Counted from the first letter of the stretch, positions 36,891-48,797 are shown. The stretch: 64,000 bases of DNA from Chthoniobacteraceae bacterium (GCA_031409335.1 JANNWY010000293.1:1-64000); one strand, 5' to 3'. Notes: generated by a model not told the origin, from the sequence alone. Numbers and translations are program-made.

Positions 36891-37816
36891 AACTGCTCGC
36901 GTTTCTCCCGCCATGGATCGCCCGCGCGGCGGCGGTGTTGCTGCTGCTCGGCCTGCTGGTGCGCGTGAGCGGACTGCGCGACCGGGTCGTGGTGCCCGGC
37001 GTGATTTTTTACGCAACGCCGTGGCCGGTGCTCGCCGCGCTGGCCTTTGCGCTGGCCTGCTACGCGCTCGGGCGGCGGCGGCGCGCGCGGGGGCTGATCC
37101 TCGCGCTGGTCCTCGCGGGGAGCGCGGCGATGTGGACGCGCCAGAGTTTTGCGCGTGCGCAACCGCAGGGCGGAGAGATCGCGTTGCGGCTCGTTTTCTG
37201 GAACGCGGCGCGACCGGAAGCGCGGCGCGCGCAAAGCGTGGCGTATCTCAAATCTTTCAAGGCGGACATCGTCGCCGTCGCGGAATCGAATGTTTACCAG
37301 GACGAGATGCCCGTGGAATGGCGCGATGGATTTGCGGGGCGCTCGATCATCCAGCGACAGGGATTTTTGCTCATCACGCCGGAGCCACCGGTCTCGATCG
37401 AGATCGGACGCCTCGCGGATCGCGGCGACTATTTGCTCGCGCGCTGCCTCGTGCGAGAGCGTTCGGTGACGCTGCTGCTGGTCGATTTTGAAACACGCAT
37501 CACCTCGTCGCGAGCCGCGCCATTTTCACGGCTGAACGAAATCATCGCACGGCATCGCGACGAGCCGCTGGTGATCGTGGGCGATTTCAACACGCCGCGG
37601 GAGTCGGTCCATTTCGACGGCTGGCGGCGCAATTTCCGCGAAGCATTCGATAGCGCGGGGCGCGGCTTCGCCGAAACGTGGCCGACGTTTTTGCCGGCGC
37701 TTCGCATCGACCAATGCTGGCTCGGCCCGCGCTGGCGGGCAGTGCATGCGGAACTCGGCTGGTCGCTGCTCTCCGACCACCGCGCGATCGTTGCGGACCT
37801 GACGCCGGGCGGTTAG
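36887..37816 (+). CDS. Membrane-anchored endonuclease/exonuclease/phosphatase (EEP) family protein
   Basis: Three N-terminal TMs; FWN, DIVAVAE, GDFNTP, RIDQ and SDHR motifs. Confidence 0.9.
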   Translation: MKLLAFLPPWIARAAAVLLLLGLLVRVSGLRDRVVVPGVIFYATPWPVLAALAFALACYALGRRRRARGLILALVLAGSAAMWTRQSFARAQPQGGEIALRLVFWNAARPEARRAQSVAYLKSFKADIVAVAESNVYQDEMPVEWRDGFAGRSIIQRQGFLLITPEPPVSIEIGRLADRGDYLLARCLVRERSVTLLLVDFETRITSSRAAPFSRLNEIIARHRDEPLVIVGDFNTPRESVHFDGWRRNFREAFDSAGRGFAETWPTFLPALRIDQCWLGPRWRAVHAELGWSLLSDHRAIVADLTPGG

Positions 37817-37863
37817 CGCCGACGCACATCTGCCACTCGCCCGCGGCTGAACCGCACTGCTGG

Positions 37864-38226
37864 CTACCGCGGAACGCCGCACGCGATCACGAACCACGCG
37901 GGATTCAAATGGGCCAGCGGCTCTTTCAGCTTTTCGATCTCGTCCGCGGGTCCGTGGAATTCGAGCCGCGTGAGGTCGGCGATTTTCAGCGCCTCCGCGA
38001 GCAACTGCCCGACATTCTCCAAATGGGCAAGCACGCCCGCCGCGCCGATGTAACCTTCGCGGCAAAAGATTTCATCACCATTCACCGTGAACTCGTAATA
38101 CAGATGCAGCGGCTCGTTTTTCGTCTTCTCCACAAAGTCGGGCATCGCAGCCTTGAATGCGTCGAGTTTGCCGGGATGGGCTTTGAAGTAGGGGTGAATG
38201 CTGACGACGTTCGCAGGAAGGCTCAT
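37864..38226 (-). CDS. ABM-like (dimeric alpha/beta barrel) small protein
   Basis: 120 aa; HPYFK, KTKNEP...YYEF, CREGY and LAHL pattern. Confidence 0.7.
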   Translation of the reverse strand: MSLPANVVSIHPYFKAHPGKLDAFKAAMPDFVEKTKNEPLHLYYEFTVNGDEIFCREGYIGAAGVLAHLENVGQLLAEALKIADLTRLEFHGPADEIEKLKEPLAHLNPAWFVIACGVPR

Positions 38227-38403
38227 GGTGCCGGGAGGGTGCCTGGCGGCTCCACGGCGGGCAAGCGCCGACGAGCGCGGCGGCGAATTCACCTTCCACC
38301 GATAGAACCTTTGCGAACGACTTCTCCGAAGATCGTGGAGATCGGCTACTCGGAGTTTTCCGTGAACGATGCGGCGATCCCGCGCGCCTGCTTCGGCGGG
38401 CGG

Positions 38404-41400
38404 TTAGAAAAGGGTGATTTTCGCGCGGGCGAAGTAGCGGGCGGCGCTGGTGTTGGTGGGACAGCGCCAGACTTCGGTGACGGTGCCATCGCCGTGGTCG
38501 GTGCTGCTGACGAAGACTCCGGTGGTATCCCATGAGCCGGGATCGAGAGAGAGGGACCACTCCAGAGTGACGGCAGCGCCGTCGGCACCGAGGGGGCGGC
38601 GCAGGGTGATGGTGAGGAAGGTGTAAGATGTGCCGCTGACGCTGTGGGTGGCGAGGGAGGCGGAGGGAAGCCTGCCGCGGTCGTTGGTGGTGTTCGAGCC
38701 GCCGAGGGCGTATTCGACGGAGTTGAAGAGGCCGTCGAGGTCGTCGTCGGCGAGCGGGTCGCTCGCGGCGTTGGCGGCGGCCCATTCGGCGTAGGTTTGC
38801 CGGTCGGCTCCGCTGGGCGATCCGCCTGCGACGTAGCTCGCGCGCCAGCTCGCGGCGACGGTGTGATTGGGGCGCGTCTCGGGCGTGCGGAGGACGAGCG
38901 AGTAGCCGCCGAGGTCGGCTGGCGCGGGCCACGGCAGGTCGTCGTCGTAGATGAAATTTTGAATCGCCGCGCCTGCGCCGTAGCTGAGTTTTATTTCCTC
39001 GCCGTTGTTGCTGAGACTGTCGGCAGCATCCCACTGGCCGGCGATGGGTTTGCCTGGGCCGTGACGCGAGGTGAAGGCGGCGGTGTTTTTCACCACGAGC
39101 ACGCGCGCGCCGGGGGCGAGGCTCGTGATCGCGCTTCCGGCGAAATCGAAATCCACGCCTTTCGTGAAGCGCACGTTCGCGAGGCTGAGCGTGAGCGACG
39201 GGGAGATGTTCACGAGTTCGATGTATTCGTAATCGTTCTCCGCGTAAGGCACAGCGGGCGTCGCGGGATGATACATCAGTTCATTCACCATGATATTGTC
39301 TTTGAGCGTTTGGATGTAGTTCGACGTGCCAGCCGTGAATTGCAGCGGCGCGCTCCAGTGGCCGAAGCGGCCTGTGCTGTCGCGATGCCGGACGCGCGCG
39401 CAATACGTGTGGCCGACGCGGAGCACCGTGCCGGGGATGCTGATGCCTGCATTGAAAGTGAGGATCGGGCCGCTGTCGAAAACAGGCACGGCTTCGTAGA
39501 TGCGCTCCTCGGTCGGGTCGTACGCGGGCGCAGTCGCGTCGGTGATTTCGCCGATGCGCCATTGGATCGCGTTGAACGTCCCCACGCCTTGCGGATCGGT
39601 GAACGCGCTGCTCGTGAAGCCGACCGCATCGATCGGAAATCCCGCGGTGCCGCTGTAGGCAATGGTCGGCGTGGCGGGAAGCTGGCCCGCGTCCACGGTG
39701 TCGGTGAGCGAGTCGAGATACGCCGCGCGTCCGCCCACGCCAACGGCGGGATCGCCATTGCCAGCGGTGTCCGTCCAGCCCGTGAAGCAGAACGCTTTCA
39801 TGTCCGTGACCTTTGCGGCGACGCCGCCCGCGTACACGGCTTGCGCGCCGGGGCTCGGCCAGCGCGCGGTGTCGGCGGGCGCGAAGGCGGTGATCTTCGC
39901 CGCGGCGTCGTCGATGATGTCATCGACGGGGCCGCGCGCACCGTCGCGGTACCACGAGAGATCGCGCAGCTCGCGGATGATGTTGCGGTGCTCGATTTGC
40001 ATTGGGACGCGGCTCGGTTTCACGCCGGTCCACGTCGGCGAATCGGTCACGTCGTTGTGGTTGTAGAGCGCGTTGTGGATGAAGTCCCAACCGCTGTTCC
40101 AATTCGGCCCGAAGCTCGCATCCCAGTCGTACGGCATCTGCACGAGCTGCCCGAGATTGTTCGTGTTCACCATCGGCGCGAACCACCAGATGAGATTTTT
40201 CACGCGATGCCGTCCCGTCGGCTCGGTGAAAATATCATAGTGCCGGATGGCCTCCTTCACCGCGTCGAAGCGGTACCACTGCGGCATGTTCATGTAACGC
40301 TCGAGGTCGCTCTGCGAGGCGCACTGGTGCAGGTTGTAGCGGATGTTGTCGAAGTCCTCGCCGAAATCCACCGCGCCCGGCGCCTGATAGCGCGCGTCCA
40401 TTTCGGCGTTCTGCGTCCAGTCGGACATTTTGTAAAAATTGCCGAGCGGCAGATTGCGCGAGCGTAAATAATTTTTGCCCTCGGGCAATTCGAGTGCCTG
40501 GAACATTCCCCAGAAATCGCCGAGCGAAGCGTGGCTCTCGTCCGTGTTTTGCACGACGCGGAACTGCACCCAATGGCTGTCCGGCATCGGCGTGCCCTGC
40601 TGTTGCCAGAGTTTGCTGCCGACTTCGTACGGGATGCCGTAGTCGTAGTAGCCTTTGTTCCCGAACATTTTGTTGAAGAGCATCGACTCCCAAGGGCGTC
40701 CGTATTTCCGCCCGGCCTCGTCCGACGCATCGAGCGACGTGCCCTTCGCGAAGTTGAAGCGGAAATGCCGCTTGCCGCTGCCGAGGTAGCGCGAATTCCC
40801 ACCGCGCAGCCGCACGCGCACATGGTCGAGCACCTGGTGGCCGACGACGAGCGTGCCGGTGAAATTTTCGTAGCGGCGCGCGAGCAGCGCGTTGAGCGCG
40901 GCGGTGTTCGCGAATTGATCCGCGCCGTTGTAGGCCATGAGTTGCGTCATGTCGGCGGGGCGCGTGATCCATTGGTAAATGGGCAGCGTGTTGAGCGTGG
41001 CGGGCGCGAAGACTTGCGAGCCGGCGGTGTAAATCGGGATGCGGTTGAAGACGAAGAAGGCGTAATTTTTTCGCGGGTCGTCTGCAGCGGGAACGGTGAC
41101 GCTCGCGCCGCCGAGGTCCGCCGCGACGATGCGGTAGCGCACGAGCGCGCGGTGCGCCTGCGCGGGAATGCGCGCGGTGAAAACGCCGTCGCCGGGCGTG
41201 TCGCCGGAGATGCTGCCGTCATCGACCATCGCGACGGTCGTCCAGCCGGTGCTCTCGAAAGCGGCATTCGCGGGCGGGTCTTGCAGCGGGTTTGCGAGGA
41301 GCACCGCATTGGTGAGCGGCAGCGTGGATGGGATGTATGCGCCGGGCGCGTTGACCTGGTAGCGGAGTTGCACGCTGCCGACGCCCTGCGGATCGGTGAC

Positions 41401-44400
41401 GCGCGCGGAGACGACGATCGCCTCCCACGGCTTCGGCGCTTTTGGCAAATGATCCACGTCGCGCACGGCGGGCGGCGGCGTCACGGTGAAGACGGAATTT
41501 TGCGCGCCGGGCGTGCCGAGAATGTCGGGCGAACTGCCGAGCGAGGCGTCCACGCAGAAATCGAAAAGGTTGTAAGTGTTGAGGTCGTCCTGCCCGGCGC
41601 GAATGAAGGGCAGCTTTGCGAAACCGTGCACGCAAATGATGTTCGTGCCCGGCGTGAGCAGCGCGCCGGCATTCAGCAGGACCGTCTCGCTCCACGGATC
41701 GTTGCCCTCCTCGTAGTACGCGTTGTTGTTGAAAGTGGGATCGGTCGGCGCGCTGGGATTGAAGCCGAAGCGCGCGACTTCCACGCCGTTGATCCAGACG
41801 ATCGCGGCGTCGTTGTGCATCACGCGCAGCAGCACGGAGCGCGGGATCGCGCTGGAGACGGTGCAGGTTTTGCGCAGAAAAACGGAGCGGTAGCTCGCGG
41901 TGAAATTCGTGCCCGATCCGGCATTGCTGCTCACGTAGGTCGCCATGTCGGTGAGCTGCGTGGCGAGCGTCACGCCCGTCTCGGCGAGCGTGGCGAGCGG
42001 GTTGTTGTTGTTGAGTTTGAAAAGGCCGATCGGCAGCGCGCCGGTGAGCCACGTCGCGTCTTCGGTAAAGGCCGCCGCGCGCCATGCGGTGATCGGCGAA
42101 GACGCCTCGCTCGTGCCTTTGCGATAGCGCCAGCCCGCGCTGCCCGCGGCGACGTACGTGGTCGCCGTCTGCGTCACCGTGCTCGCGCGCCAGCTTCCGC
42201 CGAGATTGTTTTCGAGCGCGGGATTCAGCAGTTCGAGCGTCGGCCCGTCGCCGTTCGGCGGCGAAGGCCACGGCGCGGTGTTGCCGAAGATCACCTTGTC
42301 CACGGTCGAGCCCAGCGCGTCGCGCAATTCGATTTCATCGCCGTCGCTGCTGAGCCCGCCGGTCCACGGCCCGAGCGCGGTGACACCGTAGAGCGCCTGA
42401 ATCGTCACGGGATTTTCCGCGATCACGAGGTAGCCGCCCGCCGTAAAAACGGTGCCCGCCGGGAAAATAAAATCGACCGCTTTCGCGAGCCGCCAGTTCG
42501 ACACATCGACGTCCGCGCCGGTCGGGTTGTGGAGTTCGATGAACTCGGAAAGCTGCGTGTTTCGCGCGGCGTTGTAGTTGATCTCGTTGATCTTCACATG
42601 CAGCGGCCGCGCCGCGACGGAGCGCGTGAGGATTTGCTCGACCGCATTTCCCGAAGAGTCCGTGACGCGAATGCGAATCGAGATCGTCTGATTCAGGTCG
42701 CCCGAAAAACTGTGCGACGAGATGAGTTGGTTTCCGACGATGGAAAAAATCCGTTGTTCGTGTCCCCCGCCCCGTTCACCAAAACGAAGGTGAAAGTGTC
42801 ATCGGGATTCCCGTCCGCCGCATTCAAAATCCCCGCGAACGAGCCGCCGAGCAGATCGGTGTAAAGCGACGCCTCGCTCAGCGCGATGGACGAGGGCGGG
42901 ACCGCCGGCGGATTAACCACGATGCTCACGGTCGCGATGTTCGAGTCGATGCCGCTGTTCGCTTTGTAGGTAAAGGAATCCGGGCCGCTGTATCCCGCGG
43001 CAGGCGTGTAGGTGAGACTCGGCGCGGTGCCGCTGAGCGTGCCGTGCAGCGGTGGCGCGATGATGGAATACACGAGCAGCGCCGCCGGATTGTAGTCGTA
43101 GGAAACGAGCGTGATTGGCGTCGCCGTTTGGTAGCGCGCGACGACGCTGAGATTTTCCGCAGTGGGCGAACTCGGGATGACCGTGATCGCGACCAGCGCC
43201 GTCCGCGTCACCGCGCCGGCAAGGACGGTGAGGGTGTAGGTCGTCGAGGTCGTGGGCGAGACGGTGACGTAACCCGAAGTCCCCGCGACCGCGCCGACGC
43301 CCTGATTGATGCTCGCGGTGAAAGTGCCCGCCGAGGGATTCGCGAGCAGATAGGAAAGCCGCGCGCTTTGCCCCTCGTAAATCGTGGTCGCGGGAAACGC
43401 GGTGAACGACTCGATGCGCACGACGGGCACGGTGTCCGGCCCCGCCGCGATCGTGTCCGCGATGCCCGCCGCGCCGAGCGGGCCATCCCAGATGCGGAAT
43501 TCGTTGTAACTCGCGTTCGTGCTCGCATCGCCCGACCAGTTCGAGCGGCCCAGCCAGTTATTTACAAAGACCAAGTCCTGCGGGCGGAAGGTCGTATTCA
43601 GGAACCCGACCAGCGTGCCATTCTTGAAACAACTCAGCCGCGGCGAGCCGCTGTTGCCGACGGGATCATAGACGCACGCGAAATGAAACTCCGTCCCGTA
43701 GCTGACGGCATCCCCCACGATGCTCTGCTGCTCGACGTTATTGTCTTTCATCGCGATGACCCGCTGAGTCGCCGTGCCGCCGTTTTGCGCGCTGAGCATG
43801 ATGTACTCCGTGCCGGAAAAACTTCCGCCGGGCGCGTTCTGCTCACCGACGCTGTTCGTCCCAAAATCGAAATAGCGCGACCACGTCTGCGCGCCCTGCA
43901 AAGTCATCCAGCCCTCGAAAGTAAATTTCGTCAGCCCGGACATCATGTTATTCGGCAGGTCGATGTAAGGCGCGGTGGTGGAGCCGCCGCCGGGCAGCCG
44001 CACGCGGTCGGGCGTGGTCGCGCCGCCCGCGGCATTCGTGCGCGTCCAGTTCGTGCCGGATGTGGCGTTGATGAGCGTGCCGTTCGTGCCACCCACAGAA
44101 TCCGTCGCCACCGTGCCGCTCGCCTCATTGAAACTCCACCGATGCGTGAGCGCCGCGGGCACCGCTGGCGTCGCCGTGGCCTGCGCGGTCGTGCTGCTCG
44201 TCGTGTCGGTCAAAGTGTAAGTCGTCAGCGCCGTCGGGATCACTTTCACCGAACCCGTTGCCCCGCTCACCGCGCCGACGCCCTGGTTGATCGAGATGAC
44301 ATCGCCCGCCGTCACGGACCACGCGAGCGTCACCTCCTGCCCAGGCAGAAAAGTCGTCGGGCTGGCAGTGAACGAGAGGATTCCCGCCGACACGGGGGAA

Positions 44401-44480
44401 AGGATGAGCAGCCATGCGAAGAGCCAGCGAAGCGAGCAGTGGGTGGCTGTTCCGAGAAGGGCGGTGCTTGGAAATCGCAG
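38404..44480 (-). CDS. ~2,000-aa secreted LamG/Ig/cadherin/lamin-tail/CotH kinase protein, interrupted by a 1-nt frameshift at 42744-42749
   Basis: ORFs 42693-44924 and 38404-42597 join into one frame if one T is added to the coding T6 run (NNGFF-S-IVGNQLISS...IRIRVTDSSG...VKINEINY). Domains: LTHRWSFNE LamG, Big_9-like YTPAAGYSGPDSFTY, two lamin-tail domains (INEINYN, VNELMYHP), CotH (RLRGGNSR, KNL, PYDWD). Start codon uncertain (CTG at 44480 assumed). Confidence 0.82.
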
Positions 44481-44862
44481 CTGAGGTGAAAATGAAACGC
44501 CGGGTATGATGTGAGATCGGGGGGAGCGGGTGGGCTCGGGGAAAATCCACTGCGGCGTAGGGTGCGCAATGAGATATGGCGTCTTTGCACTTGGATTTTG
44601 CGCACGGCGGGAGGCCGATCCGATTTCCGCCGCGGGCAAATGATCCGAAAAGTGCGGTGCGGTGGGTGGCGTTGTGTGCTCTGGCGAATCTCGCTTTTTT
44701 TCGCTTGCCGGGCTCGCACACCAACCGCCTCCGCCAATCCGATTCCAGTCGTTTCCGTGGGCTGACGGTGTTGTGACAGGGCGTTCAGAACCCGGATCAC
44801 CGCTGGCCAATTTCCAAGAAATGCTCATAGCGTGGGGTTGCCAAAAGTTGGCTTTTCTCGCC

Positions 44863-45093
44863 ATGAAAATTCCCCGCTCCTTCGCAGTCGCTGCGGCGGC
44901 CATCCTTTCAGCGGTCGCACCCATCGCCAGCGCGCAGACCTATCAAGTTACTGACATAGGTTCACTCACTGGCGCGACCGGATGTGCCACGGCGATCCAT
45001 GACAATGGCATGATCGCGGGCTGCCCTCAGCCCACCTCGACTGCCGCGCGGACCGCTACACTCACAAAACAACTAGTACACCACATCCCATGA
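44863..45093 (+). pseudogene. Truncated remnant of a secreted HAF-repeat-like protein
   Basis: Good signal peptide + QTYQVTDIGSLTG...ATAIHDNGMIAG (start of a HAF-type repeat), then unrelated sequence; ends after 76 aa, overlapping the next ATG. Confidence 0.6.
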
Positions 45094-48000
45094 AAACCTC
45101 GAACTTACTCCACGCGACCGGGCTGGTCCGTCGGCTCGGCGCTCTCATTATCTTTGCGGCCTTGATTGGCTCCGGCGTCCGCGCCGGCGCGCAAGGTTCG
45201 TTGCTTTGGTATTCCGGCCCGGGTCTGCCTTCGCCGCGCGCCGAGGCTGTAGCAGTGCTCGCGCCGGGCGGCTCGGTGCTGCTGATGGGTGGGGTGAGCC
45301 CATCCGGTGCGACCATCGTGCCGAAGCTGCTCGACGGAGCCACGAGCTGGGTTCCCGGTCACCCGATCGACAGCACGCGCATCGGGCTCGGCGCGGTGCG
45401 CTTTGGTGTGAGCGGCATTCTGGTCTTCGGCGGTCGCAACGGGAACACGCCAACCGATGAGGCGCTGCTCTACGACTACTACTACGGCGACAGCCAGGAC
45501 GCGGAGAAGATGTCCACGCCGCGGCAAAAATTCGCGTATGCAGCGGATGGATCGGACCGGTGTTATGCGTTCGGTGGTCTGGGAGAATCCGACCAGGTGT
45601 TATCCAGTGCGGAGCGTTACGACTGGGTGCAGGATGCGTGGTCGGCCATCGCCGCGCTGCCGGCTGCGCGCTACGGGGCCACGGCCGTGAGCGTGGACGG
45701 GACGCACATTTATCTTTTCGGCGGCGCGACTTCGACTGCGGTGCAGGCCACGGCCTGGCGCTACGTCGTCGCTTCCAATTCCTGGCAGACGCTCGCGCCG
45801 ATGCCGGTGGCAGTGCGCCAAGCCGTGGCCGTCCTCGTCCAGAACCGCATCTACGTGACCGGCGGCGTCGCTGCGTCTGGCGCGGTGGCCACGGTGCAGG
45901 TGTATGACTTGACGACGGGCCTGTGGTCGCTGGACACACCGCTGCCCGCCGCGCGGTATGCGCATGGCGCGATCTATACTGCCGGGGGAAAAATGCTGGT
46001 CTCTGGTGGCTACGACGCGGCCGGCGTCGCCTCGGCGTCCGACTTTCAGACCCAGCAACTGAACATCCCCGAGACCGCGCCGATCTTTGACACCGTGCCG
46101 GTGACTGTAGGTTCGCTCGACCGCCCGTATGGTTACCTCGCCGGAGCGCTGGGAAATCCTGCACCCACGTTCTCGCTCGTCACGGGTCCGGCGGGCATGA
46201 CCATCGCTCCGGCCACTGGTTCCATCGGCTGGCAGCCAGTCGCGGGACAAGTCGGCGTACATCCGGTGACGGTCCGCGCGACGAACCGCATCGGCTTCGT
46301 CAATCAGAGCTTCAACATCACCGTGGTAAGCGACACCATCGCGCCGAAGGCACCCACCGAGGTCCACGTGGAGGATGTCACTGCGACTTCCGTGACACTC
46401 TCGTGGAGCGGAGCGACGGATGCGACGGGCATTCATCACTACGCGGTCTATCGTCAATACCGCTGCGGGTTCCGGGGCATCCAGCGGTGCTATGGTATAG
46501 TGCAGAATAACATTTCCGGCACGACGACCACTATCACCGGCCTCCCGCCGCTGACCTCCTATCTGTATACCGTCCGAGCCTTCGATGCCTCCGGCCATTC
46601 ATCGCCCAATTCGCCACTGGTCTCGTTTAAGACACTCTCGCCGCCCGTGTCCTTCCGCTACACTGGTGCGACCAGTCTGCCCGCAAACTTCCCGCTACAG
46701 CTTCAGTTTTTCGCCAACGCGAATCCAGCAGCCATCTTCTCCATCCTCTCCGGTCCCGCGAGCCTCACCGTCGATCCGGTGACGGGTGTTGCGAGTTGGA
46801 TGCCATCTCCCGCCGATGTCGGAGCGCATACGCTGGTGGTGCGCGCGACCAATACCGGCGGCACCGCAGACCTTTCCGTGAATCTCACCGTGCGCTCCGA
46901 CGTGCCCGTGCTCTCCGTGCAGTATGTGCCGGGCGCGGGCGGATTGCGCGATGCCATCGCCGGCTCTGCGTGGACCGCGCAGGTGCTCGACGCCAGCCAC
47001 ACGACTTCCACTTATGAAATCGTCGCGGCTCCCCCGGGCATGACGATCAACGCAATCACCGGCCAGCTTTCGTGGGTGCCCACGCCGGACGACGCCGGTC
47101 TCCGCCCCGTGATGGTCCGCGCCACCAATGCCGCCGCCAGCAATGAGATCACCTTCGAGTTCTACGTGCATTTCACCGGGCCGGTTTTGAGTCTGCAAGT
47201 TACCGGCCTCACCGACCTTTATCCCACCGCCACATGGACTGCACCCATCGGAACCGGCACCGACCGAGTCGCCGGCTACACCGTCCTCGCCACCGCGCGT
47301 TATCGCTCCGGTCGAACCTACCGCACGCACCAGGTGAGTTATCAAACCGACGCTTCCACCCCGACCGTGACACTCGCCGGCCTGGTCTCCGGACGCACTT
47401 ACACCTTGTATGTCAACGCCGTGGACGAAACCGACAATCGCGGCCTCACTAACCCACCTGGCTTAATCTTCATCCCGCGCCCCGGCCTGCCCGTCGTCGG
47501 CTGGACCATCGCCAATGCCAACGGCAGCCCCGGCGTCGTGGCCGGCTACCAAGCCGTGGTGCAATTCACCGAATCTAATCCCGCCTTTGGCCCAGCGACT
47601 TTCTCCATCGTCAGCGCCCCCGCCGGATTCGTGCTCAATCCCATCACTGGCGAAGGACGCTGGATGCCCTCCACCACGGATGTCGGCGCAATCCCTGTCA
47701 CCATCCGCGTTACCAACCAAATCGGCCCGCGCGATGTCACCGTGAACATCCTCGTGAACTTCTCCGGACCCGTGCGCAATCCCATCGCCGCGCGCAATGG
47801 CGACAGCGCCGTCGCGAACTGGCAGCCGCCCCTCGACAACATTTTCCCAATCGCCAGCTACCGAGTGACGATGCACTGGCAAGTCGGTAGCCGCTCCTAT
47901 TCGCGCGCGATGACTGCCACCGGCACCAGCCACGCCTTTGGCCTCGTGCCCACCGGTGCGGTCTGGCACAAAGGCGTCACCATCACCCCGCTCGACGCCA

Positions 48001-48296
48001 CCGGCCGCGTCGGCGTCGCCAGCGCGCTCATCGCCTACAACAATGTGCTGCCCGCTGGCCTCCCGCCCGCCGATCCCGCATGGATTGAGCAAGTCACCAT
48101 CGCCGCGGACGGGATTCCCGCCGTAGAAGTCCGTGGCCCCGTCGGTGCCATTGCCGAAGTGGAAGTCTCCAGCGATTTGCTGAACTGGGATCCGCTCGAA
48201 ACCGTCACCATCGGCGACGATGGAGTCATGCTATGCCCCGACTCCGCGAGCCAGAATACGACGCAGAGTTTTTACCGCCTGAACATTCCGCAATAG
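45090..48296 (+). CDS. Secreted Kelch-propeller + Ig-like + FN3 repeat protein
   Basis: About six Kelch repeats (GG...Y...W...P..R), four 'P.GMTI...TG...W.P....G...V.VRATN' Ig-like units, three FN3 domains, C-terminal FYRL domain. Confidence 0.9.
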   Translation: MKTSNLLHATGLVRRLGALIIFAALIGSGVRAGAQGSLLWYSGPGLPSPRAEAVAVLAPGGSVLLMGGVSPSGATIVPKLLDGATSWVPGHPIDSTRIGLGAVRFGVSGILVFGGRNGNTPTDEALLYDYYYGDSQDAEKMSTPRQKFAYAADGSDRCYAFGGLGESDQVLSSAERYDWVQDAWSAIAALPAARYGATAVSVDGTHIYLFGGATSTAVQATAWRYVVASNSWQTLAPMPVAVRQAVAVLVQNRIYVTGGVAASGAVATVQVYDLTTGLWSLDTPLPAARYAHGAIYTAGGKMLVSGGYDAAGVASASDFQTQQLNIPETAPIFDTVPVTVGSLDRPYGYLAGALGNPAPTFSLVTGPAGMTIAPATGSIGWQPVAGQVGVHPVTVRATNRIGFVNQSFNITVVSDTIAPKAPTEVHVEDVTATSVTLSWSGATDATGIHHYAVYRQYRCGFRGIQRCYGIVQNNISGTTTTITGLPPLTSYLYTVRAFDASGHSSPNSPLVSFKTLSPPVSFRYTGATSLPANFPLQLQFFANANPAAIFSILSGPASLTVDPVTGVASWMPSPADVGAHTLVVRATNTGGTADLSVNLTVRSDVPVLSVQYVPGAGGLRDAIAGSAWTAQVLDASHTTSTYEIVAAPPGMTINAITGQLSWVPTPDDAGLRPVMVRATNAAASNEITFEFYVHFTGPVLSLQVTGLTDLYPTATWTAPIGTGTDRVAGYTVLATARYRSGRTYRTHQVSYQTDASTPTVTLAGLVSGRTYTLYVNAVDETDNRGLTNPPGLIFIPRPGLPVVGWTIANANGSPGVVAGYQAVVQFTESNPAFGPATFSIVSAPAGFVLNPITGEGRWMPSTTDVGAIPVTIRVTNQIGPRDVTVNILVNFSGPVRNPIAARNGDSAVANWQPPLDNIFPIASYRVTMHWQVGSRSYSRAMTATGTSHAFGLVPTGAVWHKGVTITPLDATGRVGVASALIAYNNVLPAGLPPADPAWIEQVTIAADGIPAVEVRGPVGAIAEVEVSSDLLNWDPLETVTIGDDGVMLCPDSASQNTTQSFYRLNIPQ

Positions 48297-48797
48297 ATGA
48301 AATCCGCCGCTCCACAAATGCGCGCCCGGCTTGCCGGATGGCTGCTCGTGCTGGCTTATGCCTGCACGCTGCCATCGCTGCTGCCGGCAGCGTTTGCGGT
48401 ACTGGCGCTGGTGGAAGGTTCGCACGGGATCGAGCTGCGGATCGGCGGTGAAGAGGTCGCTGTCGTGCTCACGCATCCCGGTGGTGCCGGGAAACCGCAC
48501 GACGCGATTCATCATCATTGTCTCTTCGCGAAAATGCTCACGGCCTTCGCGGAGCCGCCGCGCAATGATAACCCGGATCATTTGCTGAAGTTCACCGGAG
48601 GCTCAGTTCGCAGTTTGGAAAAGCGGACGGTCGTGCCCGATGCGCCGCTGAGTTCCGATGCGGCGATGCCTGTGTATTTCATCGTCGCGGAGGTCGCGAT
48701 TCCGCGTCCGAATTTCGCGTGCGCATGGCCCGAGGGCGCGCCGCCGCGACCGCCTGCGGAGCTGGTCGAGTTGGCGAGCACGCTGCTGCTCATTTGA
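48297..48797 (+). CDS. His/Cys-rich exported small protein with Pro-rich C-terminus (DUF2946-like putative leader)
   Basis: N-terminal hydrophobic segment; PHDAIHHHC and DH; C-terminal WPEGAPPRPPAELVELASTLLLI. Confidence 0.65.
   Translation: MKSAAPQMRARLAGWLLVLAYACTLPSLLPAAFAVLALVEGSHGIELRIGGEEVAVVLTHPGGAGKPHDAIHHHCLFAKMLTAFAEPPRNDNPDHLLKFTGGSVRSLEKRTVVPDAPLSSDAAMPVYFIVAEVAIPRPNFACAWPEGAPPRPPAELVELASTLLLI

Noticed and set aside
44481..44924. Upstream extension of the CotH ORF to ATG 44924
   Set aside because: It overlaps the divergent stub, has non-protein-like composition, and would place the signal peptide about 150 residues inside the protein.
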